The notes under the pieces were generated by a model. That model was not told the origin of the DNA. It searched no databases and worked only from the letters and a program-made list of their open reading frames with translations. From Eledone cirrhosa (lineage: Eukaryota), in NCBI GenBank assembly GCA_964016885.1, contig OZ024746.1, positions 52,204,001-52,268,000 of the forward strand: DNA of 64,000 nt, read 5' to 3'. A program made the translations under genes and the position numbers. Below, piece after piece: positions 12,901-26,800 of the stretch (the stretch's first letter is position 1; the number at the start of each line of letters is the position of its first letter).

Positions 12901-15519
12901 GTAGTGTATGGTATAGAATGGTGTATATAGGTGTGTGTTGTATGGTATGGAATTCTATGTATTGGGTATGTTATAGTTAGTATGGAGTAGTGTATGGTAT
13001 AGAATGGTGTATATAGGTGTGTGTTGTATGGTATGGAATTCTATGTATTAGGTATGTTATACTGAGTATGGAGTAGTGTATGGTATCGAATGGTGTATAT
13101 AGGTGTGTGTTGTATGGTATCGAATGGTGTATATAGGTGTGTGTTGTATGGTATGGAATTCTATGAATTGGGTATGTTATATTTAGTATGGAGTAGTGTA
13201 TGGTATAGAATGGTCTATATAGGTGTGTGTTGTATGGTATGGAATTCTATGTATTGGGTATGTTATACTTAGTATGGAGTAGTGTATGGCATAGACTGGT
13301 GTATATAGGTGTGTGTTGTATGGTATGGAATGCTATGTATTGCGTATATTATACTTAGTATGGAGTAGAGTATGGTATAGAATGGTGTATATAGGTGTGT
13401 GTTGTATGGTATGGAATTCTATGTATTGGTTATGTTATATTTAGTATGGAGTAGTGTATGGCATAGAATGGTGTATTACGGTGTATGTTGTATGGTATGG
13501 AATTCTATGTATTGGGTATGTTATACTTAGTATGGAGTAGTGTATGGTATAGTATGGTGTATATAGGTGTGTCTTGTATGGTAAGGAATTCTATGTATTG
13601 GGTATGTTTTAATTTGAATAGAGTAGTGTATGGCATAGGCTGGTGAATATAGGTGTGTGTTGTATGTTATGGAATGCTATGTATTGGGTATGTTATACTT
13701 TGTATGGAGTAGTGTATGGTATAGAATGGTGTATATAGGTGTGTGTTGTATGGTATGGAATTCTATGTATTGGGTATGTTATAGTTAGTATGGAGTAGTG
13801 TATGGTATAGAATGGTGTATATAGGTGTGTGTTGTATGGTATGGAATTCTATATATTAGGTATGTTATACTGAGTATGGAGTAGTGTATGGTATAGATTG
13901 GTGTATATAGGTGCGTGTTGTATGGTATGGAATTCTATGAATTGGGTATGTTATATTTAGTATGGAGTAGTGTATGGCATAGACTGGTGTATATAGGTGT
14001 GTGTTGTATGGTATGGAATTTTATGTATTGGGTATGTTATACTTTATATGGAGTAGTGTATGGTATAGAATGGTGTATATAGGTGTGTGTTGTATTGCAT
14101 GGAATTCTAGGTATTGGGTATGTTATACTTAGTATGGAGTAGTGTATGGCATAGACTGGTGTATATAGGTGTGTGTTGCATGGTATGGAATTCTATGTAT
14201 TGGGTATGTTATACTTAGTATGGAGTAGTGTATGGTATAGAATGGTGTATATAGGTGTATGTTGTAAGGTATGGAATTCTATGTATTGGGTATGTTATAA
14301 TTTGTATGGAGTAGTGTATGGTATAGAATGGTGTATATAGGTGTGTGTCGTATGGTATGGATTTCTATGTATTGGTTATGTTATATTTAGTATGGAGTAG
14401 TGTATGGCATAGAATGGTGTATATAGGTGTGTGTTGTATGGTATGGAATTCAATGTATTGGGTATGTTATACTTAGTATGAAGTAGTGAATGGTATAGTA
14501 TGGTGTATATAGGTGTGTTATGTATGGTAAGGAATTCTATGTATTGGGTGGGTTATACTTAGTATGGAGTAGTGTATGGTACAGAATGGTGTCTATAGGT
14601 GTGTGTTGTATGGTATGGAATTCTATGTATTAGGTATGTTATACTGAGTATGGAGTAGTGTATGGTATCGAATGGTGTATATAGGTGTGTGTTGTATGGT
14701 ATGGAATTCTATGAATTGGGTATGTTATATTTAGTATGGAGTAGTGTATGGTATAGAATGGTGTATATAGGTGTGTGTTGTATAGTATGGAATTCTATGT
14801 ATTGGGTATGTTATACTTAGTATGGAGTAGTGTATGGCATATACTGGTGTATATAGGTGTGTGTTGTATGGTATGGAATGCTATGTATTGGGTATGTTTT
14901 ACTTAGTATGGAGTAGAGTATGGTATAGAATGGTGTATATAGGTGTGTGTTGTATGGTATGGAATTCTATGTATTGGTTATGTTTTTTTTAGTATGGAGT
15001 AGTGTATGGCATAGAATGGTGTATATAGGTGTGTGTTGTATGGTATGGAATTTTATGTATTGGGTATGTTATACTTAGTATGGAGTAGTGTATGGTATAG
15101 TATGGTGTAGATAGGTGTGTCTTGTATGGTAAGGAATTCTATGTATTGGGTATGTTATACTTTGAATAGAGTAGTGTATGGTATAGAATGGTGTATATAG
15201 GTGTGTGTTGTATGGTATGGAATTCTATGTATTGGGTATGTGATATTTAGTATGGAGTAGTGTATGGCATAGACTGGTGAATATAGGTGTGTGTTGTATG
15301 TTATGGAATGCTATGTATTGGTTATGTTATACTTTGTATGGAGTAGTGTATGGTATAGAATGGTGTATATAGGTGTGTGTTGTATGGTATGGAATTCTAT
15401 GTATTGGGTATGTTATAGTTAGTATGGAGTAGTGTATGGTATAGAATGGTGTATATAGGTGTGTGTTGTATGGTATGGAATTCTATGTATTAGGTATGTT
15501 ATTCTGAGTATGGAGTAGT

Positions 15520-15621
15520 GTATGGTATCGAATGGTGTATATAGGTGTGTGTTGTATGGTATCGAATGGTGTATATAGGTGTGTGTTGTATGGTATCGAA
15601 TGGTGTATATAGGTGTGTGTT
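15520..15621 (+). repeat. Three tandem copies of the 34 bp subunit
   Basis: GTATGGTATCGAAT at 15520, 15554 and 15588. Confidence 0.93.
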
Positions 15622-16877
15622 GTATGGTATGGAATTCTATGAATTGGGTATTATATATTTAGTATGGAGTAGTGTATGGTATAGAATGGTGTATATAGGT
15701 GTGTGTTGTATGGTATAGAATTCTATGTATTGGGTATGTTATACTTAGTATGGAGTAGTGTATGGCATAGACTGGTGTATATAGGTGTGTGTTGTGTGGT
15801 ATGGAATGCTATGTATTGGGTATGTTATACTTAGTATGAAGTAGTGAATGGTATAGTATGGTGTATATAGGTGTGTTATGTATGGTAAGGAATTCTATGT
15901 ATTGGGTGTGTTATACTTAGTATGGAGTAGTGTATGGTATAGAATGGTGTCTATAGGTGTCTGTTGTATGGTATGGAATTCTATGTATTAGGTATGTTAT
16001 ACTGAGTATGGAGTAGTGTATGGTATCGAATGGTGTATATAGGTGTGTGTTGTATGGTATGGAATTCTATGAATTGGGTATGTTATATTTAGTATGGAGT
16101 AGTGTATGGTATAGAATGGTGTATATAGGTGTGTGTTGTATAGTATGGAATTCTATGTATTGGGTATGTTATACTTAGTATGGAGTAGTGTATGGCATAG
16201 ACTGGTGTACAGAGGTGTGTGTTGTATGGTATGGAATGCTATGTATTGGGTATGTTTTACTTAGTATGGAGTAGAGTATGGTATAGAATGGTGTATATAG
16301 GTGTGTGTTGTATGGTATGGAATTCTATGTATTGGTTATGTTTTTTTTAGTATGGAGTAGTGTATGGCATAGAATGGTGTATATAGGTGTGTGTTGTATG
16401 GTATGGAATTTTATGTATTGGGTATGTTATACTTAGTATGGAGTAGTGTATGGTATAGTATGGTGTAGATAGGTGTGTCTTGTATGGTAAGGAATTCTAT
16501 GTATTGGGTATGTTATACTTTGAATAGAGTAGTGTATGGTATAGAATGGTGTATATAGGTGTGTGTTGTATGGTATGGAATTCTATGTATTGGGTATGTG
16601 ATATTTAGTATGGAGTAGTGTATGGCATAGACTGGTGAATATAGGTGTGTGTTGTATGTTATGGAATGCTATGTATTGGTTATGTTATACTTTGTATGGA
16701 GTAGTGTATGGTATAGAATGGTGTATATAGGTGTGTGTTGTATGGTATGGAATTCTATGTATTGGGTATGTTATAGTTAGTATGGAGTAGTGTATGGTAT
16801 AGAATGGTGTATATAGGTGTGTGTTGTATGGTATAGAATTCTATGTATTAGGTATGTTATTCTGAGTATGGAGTAGT

Positions 16878-16979
16878 GTATGGTATCGAATGGTGTATAT
16901 AGGTGTGTGTTGTATGGTATCGAATGGTGTATATAGGTGTGTGTTGTATGGTATCGAATGGTGTATATAGGTGTGTGTT
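16878..16979 (+). repeat. Three tandem copies of the 34 bp subunit (second instance)
   Basis: GTATGGTATCGAAT at 16878, 16912 and 16946, which is 1358 bp after the first triplet. Confidence 0.93.
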
Positions 16980-19900
16980 GTATGGTATGGAATTCTATGA
17001 ATTGGGTATTATATATTTAGTATGGAGTAGTGTATGGTATAGAATGGTGTATATAGGTGTGTGTTGTATGGTATGGAATTCTATGTATTGGGTATGTTAT
17101 ACTTAGTATGGAGTAGTGTATGGCATAGACTGGTGTATATAGGTGTGTGTTGTGTGGTATGGAATGCTATGTATTGGGTATGTTATACTTAGTATGGAGT
17201 AGAGTATGGTATAGAATGGTGTATATAGGTGTGTGTTGTATGGTATGGAATTCTATGTATTGGTTATGTTATATTTAGTATGGAGTAGTGTATGGCATAG
17301 AATGGTGTATTACGGTGTATGTTGTATGGTATGGAATTCTATGTATTGGGTATGTTATACTTAGTATGGAGTAGTGTATGGTATAGTATGGTGTATATAG
17401 GTGTGTCTTGTATGGTAAGGAATTCTATGTATTGGGTATGTTATAATTTGAATAGAGTAGTGTATGGCATAGGCTGGTGAATATAGGTGTGTGTTGTATG
17501 TTATGGAATGCTATGTATTGGGTATGTTATACTTTGTATGGAGTAGTGTATGGTATAGAATGGTGTATATAGGTGTGTGTTGTATGGTATGGAATTCTAT
17601 GTATTGGGTATGTTATAGTTAGTATGGAGTAGTGTATGGTATAGAATGGTGTATATAGGTGTGTGTTGTATGGTATGGAATTCTATGTATTAGGTATGTT
17701 ATACTGAGTATGGAGTAGTGTATGGTATAGATTGGTGTATATAGGTGCGTGTTGTATGGTATGGAATTCTATGAATTGGGTATGTTATATTTAGTATGGA
17801 GTAGTGTATGGCATAGACTGGTGTATATAGGTGTGTGTTGTATGGTAAGGAATTTTATGTATTGGGTATGTTATACTTTATATGGAGTAGTGTATGGTAT
17901 AGAATGGTGTATATAGGTGTGTGTTGTATTGCATGGAATTCTATGTATTGGGTATGTTATACTTAGTATGGAGTAGTGTATGGCATAGACTGGTGTATAT
18001 AGGTGTGTGTTGTATGGTATGGAATGCTATGTATTGGGTATGTTATACTTTGTATGGAGTAGTGTATGGTATAGAATGGTGTATATAGGTGTGTGTTGTA
18101 TGGTATGGAATTCTATGTATTGGGTATGTTATACTTAGTATGGAGTAGTGTATGGTATAGAATGGTGTATATAGGTGTGTGTCTTATGGTATGGAATTCT
18201 ATGTATTGGTTATGTTATATTTAGTATGGAGTAGTGTATGGCATAGAATGGTGTATATAGGTGTGTGTTGTATGGTATGGAATTCTATGTATTGGGTATG
18301 TTATACTTTGAATAGAGTAGTGTATGGTATAGAATGGTGTATATAGATGTGTGCTGTATGGTATGGAATTCTATGTATTAGGTATGTTATACTGAGTATG
18401 GATTAGTGTATGGTATAGAATGGTGTAAATAGGTGTGTGTTGTATGGTATGGAATTCTATGAATTGAGTATGTTATATTTAGTATGGAGTAGTGTATGGT
18501 ATAGAATGGTGTATATAGGTGTGTGTTGTATGGTATGGAATTCTATGTATTGGGTATGTTATACTTAGTATGGAGTAGTGTATGGCATAGTCTGGTGTAT
18601 ATAGGTGTGTGTTGTATGGAATGGAATGCTATGTATTGGGTATGTTATACTTTGTATGGAGTAGCGTATGGTATAGAATGGTGTATATAGGTGTGTGTTG
18701 TATGGTATGGAATACTATGTATTGGGTATGTTATACTTAGTATGGAGTAGTGTATGGTATAGAATGGTGTATATAGCTGTGTGTCGTATGGTATGGAATT
18801 CTATGTATTGGTTATGTTATATTTAGTATGGAGTAGTGTATGGCATAGAATGGTGTATATAGGTGTGTGTTGTATGGTATGGAATTCAATGTATTGGGTA
18901 TGTTATACTTAGTAAGAAGTAGTGAATGGTATAGTATGGTGTATAGAGGTGTATCATGTATGGTAAGGAATTCTATGTATTGGGTATGTTATACTTAGTA
19001 TGGAGTAGTGTATGGTATAGAATGGTGTATATAGGTGTGTGTTGTATGGTATGGAATTCTATGTATTAGGTATGTTATACTGAGTATGGAGTAGTGTATG
19101 GTATCGAATGGTGTATATAGGTGTGTGTTGTATGGTATGGAATTCTATGAATTGGGTATGTTATATTTAGTATGGAGTAGTGTATGGTATAGAATGGTGT
19201 ATATAGGTGTGTGTTGTATGGTATGGAATTCTATGTATTGGGTATGTTATACTTAGTATGGAGTAGTGTATGGCATAGAATGGTGTATATAGGTGTGTGT
19301 TGTATGGTATGGAATGATTTGTATTGGATATGTTATACTTAGTATGGAGTAGAGTATGGTATAGAATGGTGTATATAGGTGTGTGTTGTATGGTATGGAA
19401 TTCTATGTATTGGGTATGTTATACTTAGTATGGAGTAGTGTATGGTATAGTATGGTGTATATAGGTGTGTCTTGTATGGTAAGGAATTCTATGTATTGGG
19501 TATGTTATACTTTGAATAGAGTAGTGTATAGTATAGAATGGTGTATATAGCTGTGTGTTGTATGGTATGGAATTCTATGTATTGGGTATGTGATATTTAG
19601 TATGGAGTAGTGTATGGCATAGACTGGTGAATATAGGTGTGTGTTGTATGTTATTGAATGCTATGTATTGGTTATGTTATACTTTGTATGGAGTAGTGTA
19701 TGGTATAGAATGGTGTATATAGGTGTGTGTTGTATGGTATGGAATTCTATGTATTGGGTATGTTATAGTTAGTATGGAGTAGTGTATGGTATAGAATGGT
19801 GTATATAGGTTTGTGTTGTATGGTATGGAATTCTATGTATTGGGTATGTGATATTTAGTATGGAGTAGTGTATGGCATAGACTGGTGAATATAGGTGTGT

Positions 19901-20849
19901 GTTGTATGTTATGGAATGCTATGTATTGGTTATGTTATACTTTGTATGGAGTAGTGTATGGTATAGAATGGTGTATATAGGTGTGTGTTGTATGGTATGG
20001 AATTCTATGTATTGGTTATGTTATATTTAGTATGGAGTAGTGTATGGCATAGAATGGTGTATTACGGTGTACGTTGTATGGTATGGAATTCTATGTATTG
20101 GGTATGTTATACTTAGTAGGGAGTAGTGTATGGTATAGTATGGTGTATATAGGTGTGTCTTGTATGGTAAGGAATTCTATGTATTGGGTATGTTATAATT
20201 TGAATAGAGTAGTGTATGGCATAGGCTGGTGAATATAGGTGTGTGTTGTATGTTATGGAATGCTATGTATTGGGTATGTTATACTTTGTATGGAGTAGTG
20301 TATGGTATAGAATGGTGTATATAGGTGTGTGTTGTATGGTATGGAATTCTATGTATTGGGTATGTTATAGTTAGTATGGAGTAGTGTATGGTATAGAATG
20401 GTGTATATAGGTGTGTGTTGTATGGTATGGAATTCTATGTATTAGGTATGTTATACTGAGTATGGAGTAGTGTATGGTATAGATTGGTGTATATAGGTGC
20501 GTGTTGTATGGTATGGAATTCTATGAATTGGGTATGTTATATTTAGTATGGAGTAGTGTATGGCATAGACTGGTGTATATAGGTGTGTGTTGTATGGTAA
20601 GGAATTTTATGTATTGGGTATGTTATACTTTATATGGAGTAGTGTATGGTATAGAATGGTGTATATAGGTGTGTGTTGTATTGCATGGAATTCTATGTAT
20701 TGGGTATGTTATACTTAGTATGGAGTAGTGTATGGCATAGACTGGTGTATATAGGTGTGTGTTGTATGGTATGGAATGCTATGTATTGGGTATGTTATAC
20801 TTTGTATGGAGTAGTGTATGGTATAGAATGGTGTATATAGGTGATTGTT

Positions 20850-23800
20850 GTATGGTATGGAATTCTATGTATTGGGTATGTTATACTTAGTATGGAGTAG
20901 TGTATGGTATAGAATGTCGTATATAGGTGTGTGTTGTATGGTGTGGCATTCTATGTATTAGATATGTTATACTGAGTATGGATTAGTGTATGGTATAGAT
21001 TGGTGTATATAGGTGCGTGTTGTATGGTATGGAATTCTCTGAATTGGGTATGTTATATTTAGTATGGAGTAGTGTATGGCATAGACTGGTGTATATAGGT
21101 GTGTGTTGTATGGTATGGAATTCTATGTATTGGGTATGTTATACTTTGTATGGAGTAGTGTATGGTATAGAATGGTGTATATACGTGTGTGTTGTATGGC
21201 ATGGAATTCTATGTATTGGGTATGTTATACTTAGTATGGAGTAGTGTATGGCATAGACTGGTGTATATAGGTGTGTGTTGTATGGTATGGAATTCTATGT
21301 ATTAGGTATGTTATACTGTGTATGGAGAAGTGTATGGTATAGAATGGTGTATATAGGTGTGTGTTGCATGGTATCGAATACTATGTATTGGGTATGTTAT
21401 ACTTTGTATGGAGTAGTGTATGGTATAGAATGGTGTGTATAGGTGAGTGTTGTATGGTATGGAATTCTATGTATTGGTTATGTTATACTTAGTATGGAGT
21501 AGTGTATGGCATAGAATGGTGTATATAGGGGTGTGTCGTATGGTATGGAATTCTATGTATTGGGTATGTTATACTGAGTATGGAGTAGTGTATGGTATAG
21601 AATGGTGTATATAGGTGTGTGTTGTGTGGTATGGAATTCTATGTATTGGGTATGTTATACTGAGTATGAAGTAGTGTATGGTATAGAATGGTGTATATAG
21701 GTGTGTGTTGTGTGGTATGGAATTCTATGTATTGGGTATGTTATACTGAGTATGAAGTAGTGTATGGTATAGAATGGTGTATATAGGTGTGTGTTGTATG
21801 GTATGGAATTCTATGTATTGTATATATTATACTGAGTATGGAGTAGTGTATGGTATAGAATGGTGTATATAGGTGTGTGTTGTATGGTATGGAATTCTAT
21901 GTATTGGGTATGTTATACTGAGTATGGAGTAGTGTATGGTATAGAATGGTGTATATAGGTGTGTGTTGTATGGTATGGAATTCTATGTATTGGGTATGTT
22001 ATACTGAGTATGGAGTAGTGTATGGTATAGAATGGTGTATATAGGTGTGTGTTGTATGGTATGGAATTCTATGTATTGGGTATGTTATACTTTGAATAGA
22101 GTAGTGTATGGTATAGAATGGTATATATAGATGTGTGTTGTATGGTATGCGATTCTATGTATTGGGGATGTTATATTTAGTATGGAGTAGTGTATGGCAT
22201 AGACTGGTGTATATAGGTGTGTGTTGTATGGTATGGAATTCTATGTATTGGGTATGTTATACTTAGTATGGAGTAGTGTATGGCATAGACTGGTGTATAT
22301 AGGTGTGTGTTGTATGGTATGGAATTCTATGTATTGGGTATGTTATACTGTGTATGGAGTAGTGTATGGTATAGAATGGTGTATATAGGTGTGTGTTGTA
22401 GGGTATCGAATTCTATGTTTTGTGTATGTTATACTTTGTATGGAGTAGTGTATGGTATATAATAGTGTATAGAGGTGTGTGTTGTATGGTATGGAATTCT
22501 ATGTATTGGTTATGTTATACTTAGTATGGAGTAGTGTATGGCATAGAATGGTGTATATAGGTGGGTGTTGTATGGTATGGAATTCTATGTATTGGGTATG
22601 TTATACTTAGTATGGAGTAGTGTATGGTATAGAATGGTGTATATAGGTGTATCTTGTATGGTATGGAATTCTATGTATTGGTTATGTTATACTTAGTATG
22701 GAGTAGTGTATGGTATAGAATGCTGTATATATGTGTGTGTTGTATGGTATGGAATACTGTGTATTGGGTATGTTATACTGAGTATGGAGTAGTGTATGGT
22801 ATAGAATGGTGTATATCGGTGTGTGTTGTATGGTATGGAATTCTATGTATTGGGTATGTTATACTGAGTATGGAGTAGTGTATGGTATAGAATGGTGTAT
22901 ATAGGTGTGTGTTGTATGGTATGGAATTCTATGTATTGGGTATGTTATACTGAGTATGGAGTAGTGTATGGAATAGAATGGTGTATATAGGTGTGTGTTG
23001 TATGGTATGGAATTCTATGTATTGTGTATGTTATACTGAGTATGGAGTAGTGTATGGTATAGAATGGTGTATATAAGGTGTGTGTTGTATGGTATGGAAT
23101 TCTATATATTACGTATGTTATACTGAGTATGGAGTAGTGTACGGTATAGAATGGTGTATATAGGTGTGTGTTGGATGGTATGGAATTCTATGTATTGGGT
23201 ATGTTATACTGAGTATGGAGTAGTGCATAGTATAGAATGATGTATATAGGTGTGTGTTGTATGGTATGGAATTCTATGTATTGGGTATGTTATACTGAGC
23301 ATGGAGTAGTGTATGGTATAGAATGGTGTATATAGGTGTGTGTTGTATGGTATTGAATTCTATGTATTGGGTATGTTATACTTTGAATAGAGTAGTGTAT
23401 GGTATAGAATGGTATATATAGATGTGTGTTGTATGGTATGGAATTCTATGTATTGGGGATGTTATATTTAGTATGGAGTAGTGTATGGCATAGACTGGTG
23501 TATATAGGTGTGTGTTGTATGGTGTGGAATTCTATGTATTGGGTATGTTATAATTTGTATGGAGTAGTGTATGGTATAGAATGGTGTATATAGGTGTGTG
23601 TTGTATGGTATGAAATGCTATGTATTGGGTATGTTATACTTTGTATGGAGTAGTGTATGGTATAGAATGGTGTATATAGGTATGTGTTGTATGGTATGGA
23701 ATTCTATGTATTGGGTATGTTATACTTAGTATGGAGTAGTGTATGGTATAGAATGGTGTATATAGGTGTGTGTCTTATGGTATGGAATTCTATGTATTGG

Positions 23801-26800
23801 GTATGTTATACTTTGAATAGAGTAGTATATGGTATAGAATGGTGTATATAGATGTGTGCTGTATGGTATAGAATTCTATGTATTAGGTATGTTATACTGA
23901 GGATGGATTAGTGTATGGTATAGAATGGTGTATATAGGTGTGTGTTGTATGGTATGGAATTCTATGTATTGGGTATGTTATACTTAGTATGGACTAGTGT
24001 ATGTTATAGAATGGTGTATATAGGTGTGTCTTGTATGGTAAGGAATTCTATGTATTGAGTATGTTATACTTCGAATAGAGTTGTGTAATTTATAGAATGG
24101 TGTATATAGTGGTGTGTTGTATGGTATGGAATTTAATGTATTGGGTATGTTATACTTAATATGGAGTAGTGTATGGTATAGAATGCTGTATATATGTGTG
24201 TGTTGTATGGTATGGAATTCTGTGTATTGGGTATGTTATACTTAGTATGGAGTAGTGTATGGTATAGAATGGTGTATATAGGCGTGTGTTGTATGGTATG
24301 GAACTCTATGTATTGGATATGTTATACTGAATATGGAATAGTGTATGGTATAGAATGGTGTATATAGGTGTATGTCGTAAGGTATGGAATTCTATGTATT
24401 GGGTATGTTATAATTTGTATGGTGTAGTGTATGGTATAGAATGGTGTATATAGTTGTGTGTTGTATGGTATGGAATTCTATGTATTGTTATGTTATATTT
24501 AGTATGGAGTAGTGTATGGTATAGAATGGTGTATATAGGTGTGTGTTGTATGGTATGGAATTCTATGTATTGGGTATGTTTTACTTAGTATGGAGTAGTG
24601 TATGGCATAGAATGGTGTATATAGGTGTGTGTTGTACGGTATGGAATTCTATGTATTGGTTATGTTATATTTAGTATGGCGTAGTGTATGGTATAGAATG
24701 GTGTATATAGGTGTGTGTTGTATGGTATGGAATTCTATGTATTGTATATGTTATACTGAGTATGGAGTAGTGTATGGTACAGAATGGTGTATATAGGTGT
24801 GTCTTGTATGGTAAGGAATTCTATGTATTGGGTATGTTATACTTTGAATAGAGCAGTGTATGGTATAGAATGGTGTATATAGATGTGTGATGTATGGTAT
24901 GGAATTTTATGTATTGGGTATGTTATATTTAATATGGAGTAGTGTATGGTATAGAATGCTGTATATATGTGTGTGTTGTATGGTATGGAATTCTATGTAT
25001 TGTGTATGTTATATTTTGTATGGGGTATTGTATGGTATAGAATGGTGTATATAGGTGTGTGTTGTATTGTATGGAATTCTATGTATTGGGTATCTTTTAC
25101 TTAGTATGGAGTAGTGTATGGCATAGAATGGTGTATATAGGTGTGTGTTGTATGGTATGGAATTCTATGTATTGGTAATGTTATACTTTGTATGGAGTAG
25201 TGTATGGTATAGAATGGTGTATATAGGTGTGTGTTGTATGGTATGGAATTCTATGTATTGGGTATGTTATACTTAGTATGGAGTAGTGTATGGCATAGAA
25301 TGGTGTATATAGGTGTGTGTTGTATGGTATGGAATGCTTTGTATTGGGTATGTTATACTTAGTATGGAGTAGAGTATGGTATAGCATGGTGTATATAGGT
25401 GTGTGTTGTATGGTATGGAATTCTATGTATTGGGTATGTTATACTTAGTATGGAGTAGTGTATGGTATAGTATGGTGTATATAGGTGTGTCTTGTATGGT
25501 AAGGAATTCTATGTATTGGGTATGTTATACTTTGAATAGAGTAGTGTATGGTATAGAATGGTGTATATAGGTGTGTGTTGTATGGTATGGAATTCTATGT
25601 ATTGGGTATGTGATTTTTAGTATGGAGTAGTTTATGGCATAGACTGGTGAATATAGGTGTGTGTTGTATGTTATGGAATGATATGTATTGGTTATGTTAT
25701 ACTTTGTATGGAGTAGTGTATGGTATAGAATGGTGTATATAGGTGTGTGTTGTATGGTATGGAATTCAAATGTATTGGGTATGTTATAGTTAGTATGGAG
25801 TAGTGTATGGTATAGAATGGTGTATATAGGTGTGTGTTGTATGGTATGGCATTCTATGTATTAGATATGTTATACTGAGTATGGAGTAGTGTATGGTATA
25901 TATTGGTGTATATAGGTGCGTGTTGTATGGTATGGAATTCTCTGAATTGGGTATGTTATATTTAGTATGGAGTAGTGTATGGCATAGACTGGTGTATATA
26001 GGTGTGTGTTGTATGGTATGGAATTCTATGTATTAGGTATGTTATACTGTGTATGGAGAAGTGTATGCTATAGAATGGTGTATATAGGTGTGTGTTGCAT
26101 GGTATCGAATTCTATGTATTGGGTATGTTATACTTTGTATGGAGTAGTGTATGGTATAGAATGGTGTGTATAGGTGAGTGTTGTATGGTATGGAATTCTA
26201 TGTATTGGTTATGTTATACTTAGTATGGAGTAGTGTATGGCATAGAATGGTGTATATAGGGGTGTGTCGTATGGTATGGAATTCTATGTATTGGGTATGT
26301 TATACTTAGTATGGAGTAGTGTATGGTTTAGAATGGTGTATATAGTTGTGTCTTGTATGGTAAGGAATTCTATGTATTGGGTATGTTATACTTTGAATAG
26401 AACAGTGTATGGTATAGAATGGCGTATATAGGTGTGTGTTGTATGGTATGGAATTCTATGTATTAGGTATGTTATACTGAGTATAGAGTAGTGTATGGTA
26501 TAGAATGGTGTATATAGGTGTGTGTTGTGTGGTATGGAATTCTATGTATTGGGTATGTTATACTGAGTATGGAGTAGTGTATGGTATAGAATGGTGTATA
26601 TAGGTGTGTGTTGTATGGTATGGAATTCTATGTATTGGGTATGTTATACTGAGTATGGAGTAGTGTATGGTATAGAATGGTGTATATAGGTGGGTGTTTT
26701 ATGGTATGGAATTCTATGTATTGGGTATGTTATACTGAGCATGGAGTAGTGTATGGTATAGAATGGTGTATATAGGTGTGTGTTGTATGGTATGGAATTC

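Larger units (their letters stand above)
1..20850. repeat. Variant domain A: irregular higher-order repeat, core ~26-mer (~2.27 kb)
   Basis: The marker GTGTATTACGGTGTA (TTACGG at 1051, 3318, 5242, 7765, 10001, 13476, 17310, 20062) was not seen after 20.1 kb. The 34 bp subunit duplications occur only here. Near-identical ORFs at 923 and 3190 are offset by 2267 bp. The right boundary is approximate. Confidence 0.85.
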
